From Rhodospirillaceae bacterium (lineage in GTDB: Bacteria; Pseudomonadota; Alphaproteobacteria; GCA-2721365): a DNA stretch of 64,000 nucleotides. A program made the translations under genes and the position numbers. Where the stretch lies: the NCBI GenBank assembly GCA_002721365.1, contig PBKC01000092.1, positions 190-64,189 of the forward strand, written 5' to 3'. Below, piece after piece: positions 1 to 8,675 of the stretch. Numbering within the stretch: the stretch's first letter is position 1; each line of letters opens with the position of its first letter. The notes below the pieces were generated by a model that was given only the letters and a program-made list of their open reading frames with translations, ran no database searches and was not told where the DNA came from.

Positions 1-105
1 AAGATCGGCGATGGAGAAGCGGGCCGCGTCACCATGCGCACCCGGTTCGGCGGCGAGCGCATCGTCGACATGCTGGTCGGCGACCAGCTGCCGCGGATCT
101 GCTGA
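1..105 (+). CDS. hypE: 3' end of hydrogenase maturation protein HypE (partial; start lies upstream of the window)
   Basis: Frame 1 reads ...GERIVDMLVGDQLPRIC* with stop at 103-105. A C-terminal PRIC with terminal Cys is the HypE hallmark. It sits immediately upstream of hypA-hypB. Confidence 0.5.
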   Translation, partial: KIGDGEAGRVTMRTRFGGERIVDMLVGDQLPRIC

Positions 106-113
106 GGAAACCC

Positions 114-356
114 ATGCACGAGCTGGCGGTCGCACGAGACATCGTCTCGATGGTCGAGGAGGTCGCGGCGGGCCGGCCGGTCCAGCGGGTCAATGTCGAG
201 ATCGGGCAGGAGTCGTGCGTTTCGCCGGACGCCCTGGCGTTCTGTTTCGATATCGCCGCCGAAGGGGGTGCCGCCGCCGCAGCGTCCCTGGAGATCGCCC
301 GGACTCCCGGCGACGCCCTCACCCTCAAGAGCATCGAACTGGAGGAGACGGTCTGA
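114..356 (+). CDS. hypA: HypA-like nickel metallochaperone, N-terminal domain only (80 aa, no CxxC zinc-finger motifs)
   Basis: The N-terminus MHELAVARDIV...VEIGQESCVSPDALAFCFD matches the HypA MHE nickel-site and core motifs. The stop overlaps the hypB ATG (TGATG at 354-358). No Cys pairs are present. Confidence 0.7.
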   Translation: MHELAVARDIVSMVEEVAAGRPVQRVNVEIGQESCVSPDALAFCFDIAAEGGAAAAASLEIARTPGDALTLKSIELEETV

Positions 357-1183
357 TGTGCGGCCATTGCGGATGCGGAAGCGACCAGCCGGTCACGGTC
401 ATCGACCTGCAGGCGGAGACCAGCCACGGCCAATCCCAAAGCCATGCGCACGAGCATCACCACCATCATGACCACGGTGGAGAACACCACCACACCCATG
501 TCCGTTCGGAATCCACGGTCGTGGAGCTCAACGCCCGCATCCTCGCCAAGAACGATGCCCTGGCAGCGCGGAACCGAAGCTGGTTCGCCGGGCGGGAGAT
601 CCTGGCACTCAACCTGATGAGCGCTCCCGGCGCGGGCAAGACGGCACTGTTAGAGCGGACCCTGGCCGATTTGAACGAGGACATGGCGCTGTCGGTGATC
701 GAGGGCGATCAGGCCGGCATCCGCGATGCCGAACGCATCCGCGCGGCCGGGACGCCGGTCGTTCAGGTGAATACCGGAACCGGCTGCCATCTCGATGCCG
801 CCATGGTCGCCGAAGGACTGGCGACGCTGAAGCCCACCTTCGGATCGGTGCTCTTCATCGAGAACGTCGGCAACCTGGTCTGCCCGGCGCTGTTCGACCT
901 CGGCGAGCGCCGCCGCGTGGCCATCCTTTCGGTGACCGAGGGCGACGACAAGCCGATCAAATACCCGCACATGTTCCGGGCGGCCGATCTGCTGCTGCTG
1001 AATAAGATCGACCTTCTGGAGCATGTCGATTTCGACGCCGACCGCGCCGAAGCCAATGCCCGCGAGGTATCGCCGGACATCCAGGTGATCCGCGTATCCG
1101 CCAAGACCGGCGCGGGCTTCGCCGCCTGGTACGATTGGCTGACCCGCGAGCACGCGCTGCTGCGCGATGCGGCGCTCCCCTGA
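356..1183 (+). CDS. hypB: Hydrogenase nickel incorporation GTPase HypB with His-rich tract
   Basis: N-terminal MCGHCGCG (the CxxCGC high-affinity Ni site) and a His-rich stretch (HAHEHHHHHDHGGEHHHTH). The P-loop SAPGAGKT is present. There is near-collinear similarity to HypB (ENVGNLVCPALFDLGE, LLLNKIDL). The long ORF 11-1183 is the same frame extended upstream of the real start. Confidence 0.9.
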   Translation: MCGHCGCGSDQPVTVIDLQAETSHGQSQSHAHEHHHHHDHGGEHHHTHVRSESTVVELNARILAKNDALAARNRSWFAGREILALNLMSAPGAGKTALLERTLADLNEDMALSVIEGDQAGIRDAERIRAAGTPVVQVNTGTGCHLDAAMVAEGLATLKPTFGSVLFIENVGNLVCPALFDLGERRRVAILSVTEGDDKPIKYPHMFRAADLLLLNKIDLLEHVDFDADRAEANAREVSPDIQVIRVSAKTGAGFAAWYDWLTREHALLRDAALP

Positions 1184-1382
1184 CCACCTCGCAGGCCGGT
1201 ATCGACGCAAGGACCCAGCCGGCAGCCGCCAGGCTCTCGCAAGAGCTACCTCCTCAGAACCAGCTTTGTCGACCGGGAGTCGGGCGTCCGGTTAACGCAA
1301 GTTAACGACCCTGAAACCGAACTGCCGTGACACTGAGCAACGTCGTTTTTTGCGGTCACCGTTGGGCCGCAGGAGAGAACGT

Positions 1383-1616
1383 ATGGTCCAGTTGAAGAGG
1401 CTGTTCGAGGTCACAGTCGCCCATGCCCCCGACTCTCCGACCGGCAGTCGCGTGTGGCTGGTTCTCGCGGACCATACGGACGAGGCCACGTCCCTGATCT
1501 CTCCCGCCGACAGCATTCAGCATGTGGAAGTCCAGCCCGGCCTTCTTGCCGCACGAGGACCGAGCCGCGTGATCGGGTGGACGATCGACCGCAGCGCCGA
1601 GCTCGCCAATCTCTAA
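1383..1616 (+). CDS. Hypothetical small protein (77 aa)
   Basis: ORF with AGGAGA RBS 7 nt upstream of the ATG at 1383. No recognisable motif. Confidence 0.2.
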   Translation: MVQLKRLFEVTVAHAPDSPTGSRVWLVLADHTDEATSLISPADSIQHVEVQPGLLAARGPSRVIGWTIDRSAELANL

Positions 1617-1625
1617 GGTTTCCGG

Positions 1626-1892
1626 CTACCTGTTGCCCGTCGATGCCGGTCCGTCGCTGTTTCCCCTACCTCGCCGCGAGGGACCGGATGATTCATTTAC
1701 GGACGATTGGTTTTTTCGCAAGACAGCGGACAGCCGTGCGGCAATCTCCGTCTGTGTGATGTGCAAAGCGGCCTCGATAGCCCGGTTCGAATCGCAGGCC
1801 AAGACACGCTGGACGACTTGCCATTCCTGATCGCTCAACCGGTAGCGCGCCGCAGAGCGGGGCCGAGTTCCCGACTTGGCGGCTCCCTCCAT
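1626..1892 (-). CDS. Possible small LuxR/GerE-type HTH protein
   Basis: The segment LSDQEWQVVQRVLACDSNRAIEAALHITQTEIAARLSAVLRK resembles a GerE/LuxR C-terminal HTH. It lies downstream of, and co-oriented with, the fnr-like gene. The start is uncertain. Confidence 0.25.
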   Translation of the reverse strand: MEGAAKSGTRPRSAARYRLSDQEWQVVQRVLACDSNRAIEAALHITQTEIAARLSAVLRKNQSSVNESSGPSRRGRGNSDGPASTGNR

Positions 1893-1979
1893 CGCCCCTA
1901 CGTCGGGCGAATGCGGTGGCGGACATGGATTTGGACCGCGTCCCACCAAGCCGTCACCTCAACGCATTAGGGGACGGCG

Positions 1980-2852
1980 TCACCCCACTGCGCCATCCAG
2001 CCCCACGGCTTTCCGGATTGCAGCGGCCGTCTCGCAATCGAAATCGCAGATATCCACCAGCCGGTCCGGGTCGAGTACGTGAAGGTTCCGCCCGTGCAGG
2101 CGGATAATGCCTTCAGCGCGCAGGTTGCCGAGAATCCGACATACATGAACGCTGGTCAGTCCGAGCAAATCGGCGATGTGCTCTTGCGTCAACGGCATGG
2201 GTATCGACGATCCCAGCGCTGACTCGCTGCGCTCCCGGACACGGCAATAGAGGTCGATTAGGAAGTACGCAATGCGCTGACGCGCCGAGTGCCGCCCCAG
2301 ACTTGCGATCCGCTGGTCGGCCCGCACAGCCTGCTCCTGGAGCAGTTCGCCGTAACGCACAGCCATCTCCGGGAACCTCGCCACCAGGTCGACCCGTGAG
2401 CGGCACGGAAGAATGCAAAGACGGGTCGTCGTCAGCGCTTGTACGGCGCAATGAGCGATCCCCGGACTCAGCCAGCTTCCGACGATGTCGCCAGGCAGCA
2501 TCACCTGAAGGATTTGTCGGCGACCGTCTTCGAACAGTGTGTAGGAGAAAAGCAAGCCATCGAGAATCGTGTAGAGCCAGCTCAGTTCGTCTCCTTCCCA
2601 AAACAGGTCCACGCCCGGCGCCAATTCAATCTCGCCGTGGACTTCATCAAGCTCGGAGCAAGAGTCCGCATGTAAAGGCGTACACAGGGACCTGGAGGCA
2701 ACGGGGCAGGCTGAACAGGAGGTCTTCGTCTTGCAGTCTGCCGCCTCCAACCTGGGACCGGCGACGTGAGCCCGAGAAGGTAAAAAATGCGCGGGCCCTG
2801 AGAGCGCGGATACTTTCAGGCGGTCTGCGTTCGGGAGCGTCCCGTACGCCAT
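1980..2852 (-). CDS. Crp/Fnr-family transcriptional regulator with N-terminal Cys cluster (Fnr/FnrN-like O2 sensor)
   Basis: The N-terminal C-x5-C-x2-C-x7-C cluster (CKTKTSCSACPVASRSLC) resembles the FNR [4Fe-4S] ligand cluster. A cNMP-binding-like beta-roll is followed by a C-terminal HTH (TQEHIADLLGLTSVHVCRILGNLRAEGII). Confidence 0.8.
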   Translation of the reverse strand: MAYGTLPNADRLKVSALSGPAHFLPSRAHVAGPRLEAADCKTKTSCSACPVASRSLCTPLHADSCSELDEVHGEIELAPGVDLFWEGDELSWLYTILDGLLFSYTLFEDGRRQILQVMLPGDIVGSWLSPGIAHCAVQALTTTRLCILPCRSRVDLVARFPEMAVRYGELLQEQAVRADQRIASLGRHSARQRIAYFLIDLYCRVRERSESALGSSIPMPLTQEHIADLLGLTSVHVCRILGNLRAEGIIRLHGRNLHVLDPDRLVDICDFDCETAAAIRKAVGLDGAVG

Positions 2853-3105
2853 CGCGACATCCTCCGCTGCGCAGCTTTGAACATTTAAGCCTCTAAACCA
2901 GTCTCATCCGTAAAAAAATGGGGGAAAATACCCATTGGAATTCGCGGACACTCAAACCACAGTCGGAGACGCCTTAGTCGTGAGCCTCGGCCTCTAGTCC
3001 CACGAGAACGTTGAGTCATGGCCGGCCTATAGAAACAGTCTGCCGTATGGGTCGGAGTGGCCGGTCACTATCTGGAAATGTCGATCAAAGACATTATCAG
3101 AGCTA

Positions 3106-3124
3106 GCAATGCTTGCAGCATTGC
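3106..3124 (+). promoter_or_regulatory. Inverted repeat GCAATGC-N5-GCATTGC in the low-GC divergent fnr-like / fixL-like intergenic region
   Basis: Seen directly in the sequence. Lies in a 550-bp AT-rich spacer. Confidence 0.3.
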
Positions 3125-3448
3125 GCAGTCAGGTTATTTTTAGTGTTGAAAATCAGTGAACAAAATTTCGGTGCGTTTTTTGACCGAAGATCTTCTATGC
3201 TCAAGCTCTTCATGAATAATTTTGGGAAAGACAAACGAGAATTTTGCCCCCAAAGAAAAAGTTCCTTCAGCCGTCGCAAGCGCGGATGCCGACAAGGAAA
3301 AGCTGAAGGCGTCCACCGGCCCCTTCCCTGCGATGCGGAGCGCTTGCGGCATAACGCTCACAGCCCGCGCTATCGGATTCCGGAGACGAGAAGACTTTCG
3401 ATGCATTTTCCGGACCCCACGGACGCTCGGCCGTGACGACGGAGATCA

Positions 3449-5077
3449 GTGCCTGCCTCACATCGAGGTATTTTAATACCGCTGACGCTCGCTGCGCCGT
3501 TGCCCGAGAGAGTGCGGAGATCCAGCTTGGCTGACCAAGACCTGTCCGTCGTCAATGCTCGGCTTGAAAGCAGGGTCGAGGCGCTGGAAGCCGCACGCGA
3601 GAACCTGGATGACCTGCTGAACGCCGCGGGAATCCCGATCCTCGCGCTGGATATGAACCTCAACATCAGATGGTTCACGCCGGCCATCGAAGCATTGATA
3701 GAGCTGACGCCCAGTGACATCGGGCAACCGGCTGCCGGATTTGCGCGCAAGTTCGACGACGCCCGTTTCCTCGATGACGCCCGCGCCGTCCTGCAGGGAC
3801 ATCCTCCCCTCGAGCAGGAGGTCCAAGGCGAAGGCAACCGTTGGTATATGCGCCGAACCGTGCCGATCCACACACGTGACGGTTATGCGAGCGGCTTGGT
3901 TACGACCTTCGTCGACACCACCAGGCGCCACGAAGCCTTTGACGAACTGCACCGTATTCTCGAAGCCGCACCAGACCCGACAGTCGTCATCGACATCTCT
4001 GGGCGGATCGAGAGAGCGAACGCCGAACTGTTGCGCGTGTTCGGCTATTCGGCGAAGGAACTCATCGGCCGGCCGGTCGAGACCTTGATGCCCGAACGCT
4101 TTCGCCGGAAGCACCGCACGAATGTGCGGGGTTTCTTCGCGTCACCACAGGCGCGGCCCATGGGCGAGGGCCTCACTCTGTTTGCCATCACCAAGGACGG
4201 ACGAGAGTTCCCGATAGACGTCAAATTGTCGCCGACGCATATCGATGAGCATTTCGTGACGATCGGCGCCATACGCGACATCACGAAACAGAAGGGCCTC
4301 GAAGACCGCCTTCACGGGAATCAGCGGATCCTCGAACGCCGGGTCGCGGAGCGTACGGTTGAGCTTCAGCGTCTGCAGACCGAGCTGCACCGCGCGATGC
4401 GGCTTGCCGAACTCGGCGAGCTGACGACCGGAATAGCCCATGAGATCACGCAGCCGCTGACCGCGATCAGATCCTACATGGAAGCCTGCCAGACGCTTCT
4501 CGCCATGGACGACTTCGCCAGTGCGAAAGACCTGGGACGGAAGGCGCTGGACCAGGCACGCCGGGCGATCGACATCATCCAGAACATCCGGGCGATGGCG
4601 GTCGCGACGGAAAACCGACGGTCCGCGCAGGACATCAACGGCTTGGTCAACGACGCCACGCTGCTGATGATCGCGGGAGCGCGGGACCGCCAGATAGAAA
4701 TGGAGCTCAGTCCGGCACCGGGCTTGCCGCTGGTCGTCGCCGATCGGGTTCAGATTCAGCAGGTCCTGCTCAACGTCCTTCGCAACGCCATCGACTCCGT
4801 TTCAGAGGTGTCCCGTCGCCGCATCATGGTCGAAACCCGGCGCGGAAACGACAGCATGGTCGAGATCGCCGTGGTCGATACCGGCCCCGGCGTCCCTGCG
4901 GAAATCGCGCAGCGCCTGTTCCAACCCTTCGTGACCACGAAAGCGGGCGGTATGGGCATCGGGTTGTCGTTGAGCCGCTCCATCATCGAAGCACATGACG
5001 GCCGGCTGACGTTCGCGAACCGTCATAGCGGCGGGACGGAGTTCATCATAGCGCTACCGCCAGCCGAAACCGGGTGA
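3449..5077 (+). CDS. PAS-domain sensor histidine kinase (FixL-like)
   Basis: Two PAS-like segments precede a HisKA H-box (TGIAHEITQPLTAIRSY) and an HATPase_c domain (N, G1, G2 boxes: VLRNAIDS, DTGPGV, GGMGIGL). The fixJ-like RR gene follows immediately. Confidence 0.8.
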   Translation: MPASHRGILIPLTLAAPLPERVRRSSLADQDLSVVNARLESRVEALEAARENLDDLLNAAGIPILALDMNLNIRWFTPAIEALIELTPSDIGQPAAGFARKFDDARFLDDARAVLQGHPPLEQEVQGEGNRWYMRRTVPIHTRDGYASGLVTTFVDTTRRHEAFDELHRILEAAPDPTVVIDISGRIERANAELLRVFGYSAKELIGRPVETLMPERFRRKHRTNVRGFFASPQARPMGEGLTLFAITKDGREFPIDVKLSPTHIDEHFVTIGAIRDITKQKGLEDRLHGNQRILERRVAERTVELQRLQTELHRAMRLAELGELTTGIAHEITQPLTAIRSYMEACQTLLAMDDFASAKDLGRKALDQARRAIDIIQNIRAMAVATENRRSAQDINGLVNDATLLMIAGARDRQIEMELSPAPGLPLVVADRVQIQQVLLNVLRNAIDSVSEVSRRRIMVETRRGNDSMVEIAVVDTGPGVPAEIAQRLFQPFVTTKAGGMGIGLSLSRSIIEAHDGRLTFANRHSGGTEFIIALPPAETG

Positions 5078-5085
5078 GTTCCTGA

Positions 5086-5718
5086 ATGACGTCTACGCTT
5101 GGGAAAGGCCCGGTTCTCGTCATCGACGACGATCCGGCAATCCGGGACTCGCTCGAAACGCTTTTGAAGCTGCGCGGCTACACGGTCCGCACGTTCGAGA
5201 GCGGCCAGTCCTTCCTCGACGAATGCGCGCAGGAACGGGAGGGCTGTCTGCTCGTGGACATCGTGATGCCCGGGATGAACGGCCTTGAGCTCCAGAAGCG
5301 CCTTGCGGATCGCGGCGTGGACATCCCCGTCTGCTTCATCACGGGCCATGCCGACGTGCCCAAAGTCATCCAGGCGATGAGGGGCGGCGCCGTCGACTTC
5401 GTCGAGAAACCGTACAGCAGCAATCAGATCGTCGAGAGCGTCGAGCGGGCGCTGGCGATGTCCCTGGAACGACGAGACCGGGCAAGGGTCGCCGAAGAGG
5501 CCGCGAAGGCGGTGGATGCGCTTACGACCCGAGAGCGTCAGGTGCTGGTGGAGCTGATTGCCGGCCGCCAGAACAAGGTCGCGGCAGCCAACATCGGCAT
5601 CAGCCCCAGGACAGTGGAAAAGCACCGTGCGCGGATCATGGAAAAGCTCGGCGCCCGCAGTTTGTCGCAAGTGATCCAGATTGGGATCGCGGCAGGGGTC
5701 ACCGAACCGCCATACTGA
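5086..5718 (+). CDS. FixJ/NarL-family response regulator (REC + LuxR HTH)
   Basis: REC domain (VLVIDDD...LLVDIVMPGMNG...) plus a C-terminal LuxR HTH (LTTRERQVLVELIAGRQNKVAAANIGISPRTVEKHRARIMEKL). It is 9 nt downstream of the kinase gene. Confidence 0.85.
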   Translation: MTSTLGKGPVLVIDDDPAIRDSLETLLKLRGYTVRTFESGQSFLDECAQEREGCLLVDIVMPGMNGLELQKRLADRGVDIPVCFITGHADVPKVIQAMRGGAVDFVEKPYSSNQIVESVERALAMSLERRDRARVAEEAAKAVDALTTRERQVLVELIAGRQNKVAAANIGISPRTVEKHRARIMEKLGARSLSQVIQIGIAAGVTEPPY

Positions 5719-5822
5719 CCTCACGGCAAGCGCAACGTTCGACAAGCAAGCCAGGAACTGGCGTTGATACGACCGACAATAGGGATTCCCCTACCTTTTC
5801 CGCCGGCCGCGGGGGTGGCATC

Positions 5823-6719
5823 GTGAAGCCGCTGCCGTTTTCTGGCGCGACCTGCGGGAGGCTCTGCTTGCCGAGCACCTTGCGCGACCAACGGTTCACT
5901 GACGATACCGTACCGATGCGCCTCGCCATCCTCGATGCGAACGGCAACGTCGTCTCCACGAACCGCGCATGGGATGATTTCGAGCACCTCAACGGTTGCC
6001 GCAGCCCCCGCTTCTACGGCGCCGCCGACTATATCGAGGCCTGCCGCGGATCGACGAACCAATATGCCAAGGAAGCTCCTTTGGTCGCAGACGGCATCGA
6101 AACGGTCCTGTCTGGTGCCGCCAACGACTTCCGCCTGACCTATCCGTTCCATTCGCCGTCCGTCGAACGCTGGTTCACCTGTTTGGTCGCCCCTCTTCCG
6201 GATACCGGCGGTGTCATCGTCCTGCATGTCGATGTGACGGACTGGATGAGTCAGATCGACCTCAAGAACGCGGTCGAGTCGGGAACGCCCGTCGCGGACA
6301 GCCGCCAATCCACCGTTCGGGCATGGCGGGAGCTGTCGGTATTGGTGGTCGACGATGAGCCGGCTGTCCTCGACGCGACTGGTGCCCTGCTCGCCGCGAA
6401 AGGCTTCTCCGTCACCACGGCGGGCGGCGCCGACACGGCTGCCGCGGTCGCGGGAACGGCGAACCGGTCTTTCGACCTGTTGATCGTCGACCACGGCCTT
6501 GCTGACGCGCGGAGTGGCGGCGATTCCGTGGCGCGGCTTCGCAAGGCGGCCGGCCACGACCTGCCGGCCATCGTCTATTCGGGAACGCCGGATGCCGCCG
6601 AACGCTCTGTCGGCGGAATGGAGGCGGTGGTCGTCTGTTCGAAATCGTCGGGGGCGGATGCTCTGCTGGCGGCGATCGACGGTCTCGTCGAAAACAGGAT
6701 CCCCACGCCGACCGGATAA
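5823..6719 (+). CDS. PAS-like domain fused to C-terminal receiver (REC) domain; single-domain-output response regulator
   Basis: N-terminal PAS-like segment (LAILDANGNVVSTNRAWDDF...VIVLHVDVTDWM). C-terminal REC (LSVLVVDDEPAVL...DLLIVDHGL...) with no DNA-binding or enzymatic output domain. The start could be ATG 5823 or 5913. Confidence 0.6.
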   Translation: MKPLPFSGATCGRLCLPSTLRDQRFTDDTVPMRLAILDANGNVVSTNRAWDDFEHLNGCRSPRFYGAADYIEACRGSTNQYAKEAPLVADGIETVLSGAANDFRLTYPFHSPSVERWFTCLVAPLPDTGGVIVLHVDVTDWMSQIDLKNAVESGTPVADSRQSTVRAWRELSVLVVDDEPAVLDATGALLAAKGFSVTTAGGADTAAAVAGTANRSFDLLIVDHGLADARSGGDSVARLRKAAGHDLPAIVYSGTPDAAERSVGGMEAVVVCSKSSGADALLAAIDGLVENRIPTPTG

Positions 6720-6803
6720 GGGCGCGGCCGCGGGCGGATCCTCCTGGAACGAGCCTCGGTCCCTCCGTGTTACCGGAATATCGGTTCGCGCGGAGGTATT
6801 CTC

Positions 6804-7580
6804 ATGTCCGGCTACGTGCCCTATTGCGGAGCGGCACATCCGCCCGGCTTTCTCACCTGGAACCTCGATCCGGCCCTCGTCTTCATCCTGCTGGCCGTGG
6901 CCGGCCTTCATGTCATGCACGGCACGGAAAGGAGCGGTCGAGCGCGCACCTTCGCGATCGCCGGCTGGGCCATCGTCGGCGCGGCCTTCCTCTCGCCGCT
7001 CTGCAACCTTACGGTCTCGCTGTTCTCGGCGCGGGTCGGACAGCACATGCTGCTCACTCTTTTCGCCGCACCGCTGATCGTCCTGGCCACCGACTGGCGC
7101 CGCATACCGTGGCCGGTCACCCTCCGTCGCCACGGAATCGCCGAAAGCATCGGGGCGACCGTTGCGTTCATGGTGCTCCTGTGGTTCTGGCACATGCCCG
7201 CCCCATATGACGCAACGCTGCGCGGCGACCTCGCCTACTGGACCATGCATGTCACCATGTTCGGTGCGGCTCTGTGGCTATGGCGGGTGCTGTGGGGCGG
7301 AACCAGCGTCGGTATGGCCGGCACCGCCCTGATCAGCCTGTTCACCGGCATCCAGATGTCGATCCTGTCCGCAGTACTGACTCTGGCCCCGCAGGCCTTG
7401 TTCGAGGTCCATTTCGGGACCACCGCACCTTGGGGCCTGTCCCCGCTCGAGGATCAGCAGGTCGGCGGCCTGATCATGTGGGTCCCGGCGGGCCTGCTGC
7501 TGGTCGGTTATGCGATGGTGGCCTTTGCTCTCGAGTTCCGACGGATGGAAGCCCGGCAGTCGACCATGCACGCCGAATAG
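6804..7580 (+). CDS. ctaG: Caa3-type cytochrome oxidase assembly factor CtaG-like membrane protein
   Basis: Polytopic membrane protein of about 258 aa with the conserved His/Trp-rich helices typical of the Caa3_CtaG family. It lies convergent with the caa3 oxidase operon. Confidence 0.6.
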   Translation: MSGYVPYCGAAHPPGFLTWNLDPALVFILLAVAGLHVMHGTERSGRARTFAIAGWAIVGAAFLSPLCNLTVSLFSARVGQHMLLTLFAAPLIVLATDWRRIPWPVTLRRHGIAESIGATVAFMVLLWFWHMPAPYDATLRGDLAYWTMHVTMFGAALWLWRVLWGGTSVGMAGTALISLFTGIQMSILSAVLTLAPQALFEVHFGTTAPWGLSPLEDQQVGGLIMWVPAGLLLVGYAMVAFALEFRRMEARQSTMHAE

Positions 7581-7609
7581 CAGCGGAACCGTTCTATCGG
7601 GCCGTTCTA

Positions 7610-8053
7610 TCAGCCGCAGACCGTGATGAATGGCATCACAGTCGTGTCGAACAGCGTTGCGACGAAGAAGCCCAGGCTCATCAGCAGCCCCCAATGGGCG
7701 AGAAATGACTTCTCTCCCTCGCCGACATCCATCAGGAAACCCCGCTGTTCGTCACTCTCGGGACGAGCGGCGCGACGCCAGTCCCGATAGGCCACGGCAC
7801 CGATCACACCGATCAGAGCCAGGGTCACCAGGTGAACCGCACCGACCACCGGCCACAGCGACGGCCGGTCCAGCAGGACGACGTTGGGATCGGAGGCCGA
7901 GCAGGCCCGGGTCGTAAGGACATAGTCGACGACGATATGGAGGCTCCACGCCGTCGGCGGCACCAGGATTCCCGCCAGCAGCGGCAGCCGCCCGATAGGC
8001 GTGCCCGATTCGGCGGCGTGCGGAGAGTTGGCGGCGTCGGTGGTTCCGACCAT
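7610..8053 (-). CDS. Small membrane protein, probable cytochrome c oxidase subunit IV-like (CtaF-like)
   Basis: 3-TM hydrophobic protein. Its start is 5 nt after the ctaE stop (8058), implying operonic coupling with ctaC-D-E. Confidence 0.4.
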   Translation of the reverse strand: MVGTTDAANSPHAAESGTPIGRLPLLAGILVPPTAWSLHIVVDYVLTTRACSASDPNVVLLDRPSLWPVVGAVHLVTLALIGVIGAVAYRDWRRAARPESDEQRGFLMDVGEGEKSFLAHWGLLMSLGFFVATLFDTTVMPFITVCG

Positions 8054-8057
8054 CGGA

Positions 8058-8675
8058 TCACCTCGCGAGATAGGGCGTGATGTAGAGCGACAGGAACACC
8101 GCGATCCACACGGCGTCTACGAAGTGCCAGTAGAGGGCGCCGATCGAAACAACCGCGTGTCTTCGGCTGTCGAAGTAGCCGAGCCCCGACCACAGCGCCA
8201 GACCGGCGAGGACCAGCAGTCCGGCAATGACATGCGCCATGTGGAAGCCGGTTATCGTGAAATAGAGCGCGGCATAGGTGTGGGAATGGAACGAGAACGG
8301 CTTGTTGTGCCATTCGAGTCCCTGCACGCCGACGAACGCGAGCCCCATCACGAAGGTCGCGACGATGAGGACGATCGTCAGGCCGCGCGCGCCCCGGCGG
8401 ATCGCCCGTTCGCCGAACCAGAGGACGACGCTGGACGCCAGCAGCAGCAGTGTGTTCGGACCGGCCAGGGCGAGATGCGGCAGGCCTTCCGGCGGCCAGG
8501 GACGATCGACGTGGAAGGCCAGATAGAAGTAGCTGAACAGCAGATACGCGAAGAGCGCCGCCTCGGTCGCGATCAGCCCCCACATCCCGTACCAGCCCGA
8601 CGCACGACGACCGAACGTGCCGACGGGCAGGGCGCGCTGCGCCTCCAGGGGCGCCATTTCCTGGACCTCAGCCAT
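8058..8675 (-). CDS. ctaE: Cytochrome c oxidase subunit III
   Basis: Heme-copper oxidase subunit III motifs (GLEWHNKPFSFHSHTYAALYFTITGFHMAHVIAGL, YWHFVDAVWI). The start MAEVQEM at 8675 overlaps the ctaD stop by 8 nt. Confidence 0.85.
   Translation of the reverse strand: MAEVQEMAPLEAQRALPVGTFGRRASGWYGMWGLIATEAALFAYLLFSYFYLAFHVDRPWPPEGLPHLALAGPNTLLLLASSVVLWFGERAIRRGARGLTIVLIVATFVMGLAFVGVQGLEWHNKPFSFHSHTYAALYFTITGFHMAHVIAGLLVLAGLALWSGLGYFDSRRHAVVSIGALYWHFVDAVWIAVFLSLYITPYLAR

Noticed and set aside
1293-1308. GTTAAC-gcaa-GTTAAC hairpin after hypB
   Set aside because: The stem is only the self-palindromic HpaI site and it is not followed by a T-tract. The nearby TTTTTT at about 1345 lacks an adequate upstream stem. 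Too weak to call a terminator.
3113-3476. Three small ORFs (107, 88, 84 aa) in the AT-rich fnr/fixL spacer
   Set aside because: They are mutually overlapping, lack an RBS or conserved motif, and lie in a region better explained as a divergent promoter/regulatory spacer.
5721-7250. 509-aa ORF on the minus strand spanning the PAS-REC and ctaG region
   Set aside because: Antisense to two well-supported plus-strand genes. The product is Arg/Gly/Asp-rich low complexity with no motif. This is typical GC-driven shadow ORF.
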